Positions 57,041 to 64,000 of a DNA stretch of 64,000 bases are shown here, one piece after another. The stretch comes from an uncultured Gemmatimonadota bacterium. Its GTDB lineage: Bacteria > Blakebacterota > Blakebacteria > Blakebacterales > Blakebacteraceae. The notes beneath the pieces were generated by a model. That model made no database searches. It was given only the letters and a program-made list of their open reading frames with translations, and was not told where the DNA came from. Positions within the stretch are counted from its first letter, which is position 1. Each line of letters opens with the position of its first letter. The stretch spans positions 1 through 64,000 of the forward strand of contig CAZNUA010000005.1 of assembly GCA_964576115.1 (NCBI GenBank). Reading direction: 5' to 3'. Both the position numbers and the translations under genes were made by a program.

Positions 57041-58501
57041 TCAGTCCTCTTCAAAAGGAACGTTCACCCGCCATGAAGGGTGGGTGAGGCCGTACTTGGA
57101 GATCCGGTAATTCAGCGCCCGGCGGCTGATACCCAGCCGGCGGGCGGCCCGGCTCTGCACCCAGGCCGAAGCTTCCAGCGCGGCGACGATGGCCCGCTTC
57201 TCCACCTCTTCGAGACTCTCACCCGACGTTTCATCCGGAGTCTCCGGAGGTACCCGGGCCGCAGTCGGTACGGGCGCAGGCGCGGCAACGGTCTCGGGTT
57301 TGCCGGGGGAAACGATCAGGGTCAGATCGGAGATCTCGATCAGTTCGCCCTCGGCCAGCAGGACGGCCCGGTAGACCGTATTCTCGAGCTCGCGCACGTT
57401 TCCGGGCCAGCTGTAGGATTGAAGAAAGGCCAGCGCGTCGGGGGTGAAATCGACGACCATCTTGCGTTCTTCAAAACGGGCTTTCTTCAGGAAGAAGCGG
57501 GCCAGCAGGGGGATATCGACCGGGCGGGAGCGCAGGGGCGGAATGTCGATCGCGACCACGTTCAAACGGTAGTAGAGGTCTTCGCGGAACTGCCCGGCGG
57601 CGATCGCATCTTCGAGCACCCGGTTGGTGGCGGCGATGATGCGCACATCCACCTTGATCAGGCGGGTGCCTCCCACCCGCTCGAATTCCTGAGACTGCAG
57701 AACCCGCAGAACCTTGGCCTGGGTGGCCGGACTCATGTCACCGATCTCGTCGAGGAAGAGAGTGCCGTGATGGGCCTGTTCGAAACGGCCGATCCGCTGT
57801 TTGACCGCTCCGGTGAAAGCCCCCTTCTCATGACCGAATAGCTCCGATTCGAGCAGCGTATCCTGCAGGGCGGCGCAGTTGACCTTGATGAAAGCCTGCT
57901 CCCGGCGCGGGCTGTTGTAGTGAACGGCGGCGGCCAGAAGCTCCTTGCCGACTCCCGTTTCTCCGGTTACCAGGACCGGACTGCGGCTGGCCGCCACCTT
58001 GCCGACCTGTTCGAAGACCCCTGTCATGGCTTCGCTCTCGCCAACCAGGTCGCCGAGACGGAAGATATGACCGCTCTGGCCGACGAAGTAATTGCGCTGC
58101 GCCAGCCAGGCGTAGATCTCCCCGGCCCGCTCGAGCCGCAGTCTGAGTTCATCCAGACTGAACGGCGCCCGGACGACGTCGTGCACGCCGGCGGTGATCA
58201 GGGATTCGATATCCTCATCCTCGGGAACCTCGAAGATGATGATTCGGGCATGCGAGTTGGCTTCGAGGGCGTCATCGATGAGCCGGTTGACCAGGGTTCG
58301 GTCGCAATTCCCCGTGTCGTCGGTCAGCAGGTTGTACTCGACCGCGATGAGACCGAAAGCGATCTGGGACACGAGGTGTTCGAAGGCTTCCCAGGCGGGG
58401 GCGGTGGCGAGATAGGCGGGGGTGTCGGAAAAAGCACCCTTCAGAGCCTGCTCGATCCGGCGGTCGGCGGTGAAGAAGAGGGTCGGTCCCGACAGGCTCA
58501 T
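57041..58501 (-). CDS. Sigma54-dependent enhancer-binding protein (AAA+, Fis HTH) with degenerate receiver domain
   Basis: GETGVGKE, ESELFGHEKGAFTGA, LFLDEIG, FREDLYYRLNV, WPGNVREL and AARRLGISR motifs. Confidence 0.95.
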   Translation of the reverse strand: MSLSGPTLFFTADRRIEQALKGAFSDTPAYLATAPAWEAFEHLVSQIAFGLIAVEYNLLTDDTGNCDRTLVNRLIDDALEANSHARIIIFEVPEDEDIESLITAGVHDVVRAPFSLDELRLRLERAGEIYAWLAQRNYFVGQSGHIFRLGDLVGESEAMTGVFEQVGKVAASRSPVLVTGETGVGKELLAAAVHYNSPRREQAFIKVNCAALQDTLLESELFGHEKGAFTGAVKQRIGRFEQAHHGTLFLDEIGDMSPATQAKVLRVLQSQEFERVGGTRLIKVDVRIIAATNRVLEDAIAAGQFREDLYYRLNVVAIDIPPLRSRPVDIPLLARFFLKKARFEERKMVVDFTPDALAFLQSYSWPGNVRELENTVYRAVLLAEGELIEISDLTLIVSPGKPETVAAPAPVPTAARVPPETPDETSGESLEEVEKRAIVAALEASAWVQSRAARRLGISRRALNYRISKYGLTHPSWRVNVPFEED

Positions 58502-59091
58502 CGCTTACCTCCGGTTGAGATCATGATCCCGGCCTCGAGCAGAGCCGCCCCCAGCAGCAGCGGCAGGGTCACCCGGGTCAGGAAGGCCTTGGCCCAGACG
58601 GTGTCGGCCAGCAGATCGAACCAGTCCACTCCCAACCGGGCCAGGCCCGCCTGGGTGGCGGCGGCGGCGGCGGTGATGATCGCCGGCAACTCGATCCAGG
58701 CGTGCGGAGCAGCCAGGACGATCCAGGCCCGCTTGCCGGCGGTGCGACGAGCCATCACTCCGGTGTTGATCCCGGCGGCCAGGAGCACGATCAAGGGCAG
58801 CGGTCCGAGCCAGGCCGAGAGGATGATCATCGCTGCGGTCAAACCGTTGATACTCCAGATCAGGAAAACCAGCGCAGCGAAGGATGGCTCCGAGCGGGCC
58901 AGCCAGGCTTCGAGCCGTGCCAGTACCCACCGGCCGCAGGCGGTGAGCCAGCCGATATCGCGGTCCTCAGCCGCCGAACCGACGACGATACCCACCGCGA
59001 AGATCAGCGCCGCTCCCGCCACGCTCGCCCAGCTCATCGGCCCCCAGATGAATATCCAGGGTCGAGACCACCACCATAAAACCGTTGACAC
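58498..59091 (-). CDS. SpoIIM-like membrane protein
   Basis: IWSIN, GINTG, PHAWIELPA and AALLEA motifs; start uncertain (59037-59112). Confidence 0.7.
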   Translation of the reverse strand: MSTVLWWWSRPWIFIWGPMSWASVAGAALIFAVGIVVGSAAEDRDIGWLTACGRWVLARLEAWLARSEPSFAALVFLIWSINGLTAAMIILSAWLGPLPLIVLLAAGINTGVMARRTAGKRAWIVLAAPHAWIELPAIITAAAAATQAGLARLGVDWFDLLADTVWAKAFLTRVTLPLLLGAALLEAGIMISTGGKR

Positions 59092-59165
59092 CGGGAGGCT
59101 CCTCCCTTTCACTTCAGCTGCGGTCGGTCGATCCCGACCGGCCGGCGGTCCGAGAACCGCCGCGG

Positions 59166-59197
59166 CGGCTTCCCTCGTATCAGGGGAGCCGTTTTCT
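59166..59197 (+). terminator. Intrinsic terminator in the greA 5' leader
   Basis: CGGCTTCCCT-cgtatc-AGGGGAGCCG (10-bp stem with one G-U) followed by TTTTCT. Confidence 0.65.
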
Positions 59198-59228
59198 GTT
59201 CACGACTGCAGTCGGTGAGGCTCACTAC

Positions 59229-59702
59229 ATGGTAAAGCCGACCTACCTCAGCAGGAAAGCTCTTGAAAAACTCAGAGCCGAACTGCACGACATGAAATAC
59301 GTTCAGAGGCCCCGGGTGAGCAAGGCGATCGAGCAGGCCCGGGCCCACGGCGATCTGAGCGAGAATGCGGAATATGACGCCGCCAAAGAAGAACAGAGCA
59401 ACCTGCTGCGCCGGATCGCCCGGCTCGAAGAGACCCTTGCGGCCGCGCGTCCCCTTGAAGAAATGGACCTGCCCGATGATACCTGTTATATCGGGTGCAC
59501 GGTGACCCTGCTCGATCTCGAGGACGAAAGCGAGGAGATCTACACCCTCGTGGCCCCGCCCGAAGCCGACCCCCGCCGGGGCACCCTGAGTGTGGAGAGC
59601 CCGATCGGTAAGGGCCTCCTGGGAACTCGGACCGGCGAGGAAGTCGAGATCGATATCCCGGCCGGTACGGTGCATTACCGCATCATTTCGGTACAGCGCT
59701 GA
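59229..59702 (+). CDS. greA: Transcription elongation factor GreA
   Basis: ARAHGDLSENAEYDAAKEEQ; SVESPIGKGLLG. Confidence 0.96.
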   Translation: MVKPTYLSRKALEKLRAELHDMKYVQRPRVSKAIEQARAHGDLSENAEYDAAKEEQSNLLRRIARLEETLAAARPLEEMDLPDDTCYIGCTVTLLDLEDESEEIYTLVAPPEADPRRGTLSVESPIGKGLLGTRTGEEVEIDIPAGTVHYRIISVQR

Positions 59703-59737
59703 AACCGAGACGGCATTACTTTGCAGGAGGAATGCTC

Positions 59738-59768
59738 CGGCGGCTGAATCGGGCCGCCGTTCCCTTTA
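59738..59768 (+). terminator. Possible weak terminator after greA
   Basis: CGGCGGC/GCCGCCG stem followed by TTCCCTTT. Confidence 0.35.
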
Positions 59769-59798
59769 CACAACCACCGATCCCTGGAGGGTAGCTCC

Positions 59799-61109
59799 GT
59801 GCCGTCACGCGTCGTCATCATGGGAGCAGCAGGACGGGATTTCCACAATTTCAACTGCATGTACCGCGACAACGAGGCCGCCGAGATCGTGGCCTTTACC
59901 GCCACCCAGATTCCCGATATCGAAGGACGGGTCTATCCCGCCGAACTGGCCGGCAGACTGTACCCTGAAGGGATCCCGATCCGCGCCGAGTCCGAACTGG
60001 CCGGGATCATCGCCGAGCAGGCGGTGGATCAGGTCGTCTTCAGCTATTCCGATGTGAGCTACAACTACCTGGGCAGCCGGGTGGCGCTGGTCAATGCCGC
60101 CGGGGCCTCCTTCACCCTGCTCGGGGTCGACGATACCATGGTCAAAGCCACCGTACCGGTCATCGCGGTGTGTGCCGTGCGGACCGGGTGCGGCAAGAGC
60201 CAGACGACCCGCCGGGTGGCGACAATTCTGCGCGAAGCCGGCAAGAAAGTGGTGGCGATCCGCCACCCGATGCCCTACGGCGATCTGGTGAAGCAGGCTG
60301 TACAGCGCTTCGAGACGATCGAGGATCTGGAACGGCACGAGTGCACCATCGAGGAGATGGAGGAGTACGAACCGCATATCGTGAACGGGGTCATCGTGTA
60401 CGCCGGGGTGGATTACCACGCCATTCTCGAACAGGCCCAGGCCGAAGCCGACATCATTCTCTGGGACGGCGGCAATAACGACACCCCCTTCTACCGTCCC
60501 GATCTGCTCATCACCGTCGCCGACCCCCACCGGCCGGGGCACGAACTGACCTACTACCCCGGCGAAACCAACCTGCGTCTGGCCGATGCGGTCGTGATCA
60601 ACAAGGTCGTCACGGCCGACTTCGCGGATATCGAGACCGTGCGGCGCAATACCCGGGAGGTCAATCCGGAAGCGGTCATCATCGATGCCGCCAGTCCGCT
60701 CGTCGTCGAAGATCCCGCCGTCATCACCGGCAAGCGGGTGCTGGTCGTCGAAGACGGCCCGACCCTGACTCACGGCGGCATGAAGTACGGCGCCGGGGTG
60801 GTCGCGGCCGAGCGGTTCGGAGCCGCCGAACTGATCGATCCCCGTCCCTTCGCGGTGCGTTCGATCGCCGAGACCTACGAGAAATACCCCGGAATCGGCA
60901 TTCTGCTGCCCGCCATGGGGTACGGACCCGAGCAGGTGCGCGATCTCGAGGAAACGATTGCGGCTTCGGGCGCCGAGGCGGTCGTCATCGGTACTCCTAT
61001 CGATCTGCGGCGGGTGGTCGACATCGCTCAGCCGAGCGCGCGGGTGAGCTACGATCTGCAGGAAGTCGGCCGACCCGATCTGACCGAAATACTGGCACCG
61101 TTTGTCTGA
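59799..61109 (+). CDS. cDPG-synthetase-like P-loop protein, probable arginine synthetase (ArcE-like)
   Basis: GAAGRDFHNFN, AVRTGCGKSQTTR, IRHPMPYG, EEMEEYEPH, WDGGNND, VEDGPTLTHGGM and LPAMGY motifs; directly upstream of carbamate kinase. Confidence 0.8.
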   Translation: MPSRVVIMGAAGRDFHNFNCMYRDNEAAEIVAFTATQIPDIEGRVYPAELAGRLYPEGIPIRAESELAGIIAEQAVDQVVFSYSDVSYNYLGSRVALVNAAGASFTLLGVDDTMVKATVPVIAVCAVRTGCGKSQTTRRVATILREAGKKVVAIRHPMPYGDLVKQAVQRFETIEDLERHECTIEEMEEYEPHIVNGVIVYAGVDYHAILEQAQAEADIILWDGGNNDTPFYRPDLLITVADPHRPGHELTYYPGETNLRLADAVVINKVVTADFADIETVRRNTREVNPEAVIIDAASPLVVEDPAVITGKRVLVVEDGPTLTHGGMKYGAGVVAAERFGAAELIDPRPFAVRSIAETYEKYPGIGILLPAMGYGPEQVRDLEETIAASGAEAVVIGTPIDLRRVVDIAQPSARVSYDLQEVGRPDLTEILAPFV

Positions 61110-61138
61110 GTTCGGGCCTGGACAGGGAGCTGATCGAC

Positions 61139-62092
61139 GTGAGTACAGGGACCGGACATCTGGTGGTGGCCCTGGGGGGCAACGCCATCACCCGTCAGCA
61201 GGACACGGGGGCGATACCCGAGCAGTTCGCCAACACCCGGGAAAGCCTGGCGCCGATCGCCGACCTGATCGCAGCCGGTCGAAGTGTAGTCCTGACCCAC
61301 GGGAACGGGCCGCAGGTGGGAAACTATCTGATCCGGGTCGAGCGGGCCCGCGATGAAGTCCCCTACCTGCCCCTGCCGATCATCGTGGCCGATCTGCAGG
61401 GCGGGATGGGCTACATGATCTCGCAGGTTCTGCAGGGCCTGCTGGCCCAGCGGGAGGCGTTCCGCCCGGTCACGACCGTTCTGACCCAGGTTCTGATCGA
61501 CGAAACCGACCCCTCGCTGACCGATCCTTCCAAGTATGTCGGACCCTTCTACGACGAAGCGGAAGCGAAAGCGCTTGCGCAGCAGCGGGGCTGGATAGTA
61601 AAGAAAGACAGTAATCGCGGCTGGCGCAGGGTCGTTCCCTCGCCCCGGCCGCTGGAAATCGTCGAAGCCGGCATTATCCGCGGCCTTATCGAACAGGATA
61701 CGGTGGTTGTGGCTGCGGGTGGCGGCGGCATCCCGGTCCGCCGCTCGGGGGCGGGTTTCCTCGAGGGAGTGGACGGGGTGATCGACAAGGATCGGGCGTC
61801 AGCGGTGCTGGGTCTCGATATACAGGCTACAGACCTGCTGATCCTGACGAGTGTCCCTCATGTCTCATTGTGGTTCGGAACTCCGCAGCAACGGGATCTG
61901 GATCATATGACCAGCCACGAGGCCCGGCGGTATATGGACGAGGGACACTTCCCCCCCGGGAGTATGGGACCGAAGATCGAAGCGGCTCTCAGGTTCCTGG
62001 ATGGGGGGGGTGAGAGAGTGTTTATCGGAGCCGTCGACCGGGCAGGTGATATCCTGAACGGTCGGACGGGAACGTGTCTGACGAAGTCGTAG
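61139..62092 (+). CDS. arcC: Carbamate kinase
   Basis: VVALGGNA, THGNGPQVG, GWRRVVPSP, GGGGIPV, VIDKD and GSMGPKIEAA motifs. Confidence 0.95.
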   Translation: MSTGTGHLVVALGGNAITRQQDTGAIPEQFANTRESLAPIADLIAAGRSVVLTHGNGPQVGNYLIRVERARDEVPYLPLPIIVADLQGGMGYMISQVLQGLLAQREAFRPVTTVLTQVLIDETDPSLTDPSKYVGPFYDEAEAKALAQQRGWIVKKDSNRGWRRVVPSPRPLEIVEAGIIRGLIEQDTVVVAAGGGGIPVRRSGAGFLEGVDGVIDKDRASAVLGLDIQATDLLILTSVPHVSLWFGTPQQRDLDHMTSHEARRYMDEGHFPPGSMGPKIEAALRFLDGGGERVFIGAVDRAGDILNGRTGTCLTKS

Positions 62093-62202
62093 GCCCATCC
62101 TGACGGAAGGGGGGCACGCACTCGATGTCTGAGGCGGCCCTCGATGGGACTGCGCAGCCGGTGGGGCAATCCTGCCGGTACCACACAACGGGAGGCAAAG
62201 CA

Positions 62203-62772
62203 ATGGCTTTAAAGGCTGGGCTGTATGTTGATGCGGCCAATCTGTATCGCAAGGATGGGCCGTCGATCAACTATCGGATCCTGAAGGACTTCGTAGCCGG
62301 TGAGCGAGAGCTGATCCGCTGCAACGCGTACGTGACCGTCGATCCGGAGAACCCGAAGCCTGTCAAGGGTTTCATCAGCGCGTTGCGGGATATCGGCTTC
62401 AAAGTGATCGAGAAAGAATGGTCGCGCTCTCCCGACGGGCGGGTGAAGGCCAACATGGACATGGAGCTGGCCGTGGATGTGTTGATGCAGGCCGACAATC
62501 TCGATGTCCTGATTCTGGCCTCGGGCGATTCCGATTTCGTCCGTCTGGTCCGCGCCATTCAGAATCTGGGGAAGCGGGTCGAGGTCGTCGCCTTCCAGGA
62601 CCGGGTCGGTTTCGACCTGATCAAGGAAGCCGACGGATTCACGGCTCTGGAGAGCCTCGAAGACATCTTCATGGCTACTCCCGATCCGCCTCAACCCCTG
62701 ACCAACGAGACTCCGGCTCTGCAGAACCTGAACAAGTCCGAAGAGCGTATCAGCCGGTTCTTCCGGCGCTGA
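62203..62772 (+). CDS. NYN domain (LabA/DUF88) protein
   Basis: YVDAANL, KANMDMELAVD, SGDSDF, GKRVEV and ADGF motifs; GGAGG RBS. Confidence 0.9.
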   Translation: MALKAGLYVDAANLYRKDGPSINYRILKDFVAGERELIRCNAYVTVDPENPKPVKGFISALRDIGFKVIEKEWSRSPDGRVKANMDMELAVDVLMQADNLDVLILASGDSDFVRLVRAIQNLGKRVEVVAFQDRVGFDLIKEADGFTALESLEDIFMATPDPPQPLTNETPALQNLNKSEERISRFFRR

Positions 62773-62865
62773 TGTGCATCGCGCGCGACACCGGGTCGCG
62801 ACTCCCCCGGAGGGCGACCCGGTGATCGGAGACAGGTGAGACTGACACCAGGGAAGGATTGAGGG

Positions 62866-64000
<1,135 letters not shown>

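Overview
High-GC bacterial scaffold with one 100-N gap at 48953-49052. T9SS-type C-terminal domains, an ADOP-type permease, TonB-dependent receptors and many lipoproteins suggest a diderm of the FCB superphylum or a relative (inference). I can support about 50 CDS. In order: manC, S9 and M14 peptidases, a UPF0182 protein, a sigma54-driven three-gene envelope operon of unknown function, an M6 protease with an FN3/TPR lipoprotein, gpgP-gpgS (glucosylglycerate), an Rrf2 regulator, a receiver protein and a His-less kinase, NrdR-boxed nrdJ, yihY, an MntR-like regulator, a 10-gene Mrp Na+/H+ antiporter cluster, a tandemly duplicated [large CTD-bearing secreted protein + TonB-dependent receptor] module, an ADOP permease, a purL-purQ-dedA-glutaredoxin-ferredoxin:disulfide reductase run, a sigma54 activator with a probable target gene, greA with a terminator-containing leader, a probable arginine synthetase (ArcE-like) beside carbamate kinase, a NYN protein and a partial sucC. 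I saw no rRNA, tRNA, CRISPR array or mobile element. The strongest leads are the duplicated CTD-protein/TBDR module, the ArcE-ArcC pair, the two sigma54 modules and the greA attenuator-like leader. All functional calls come from motif recognition by eye; no searches were run.
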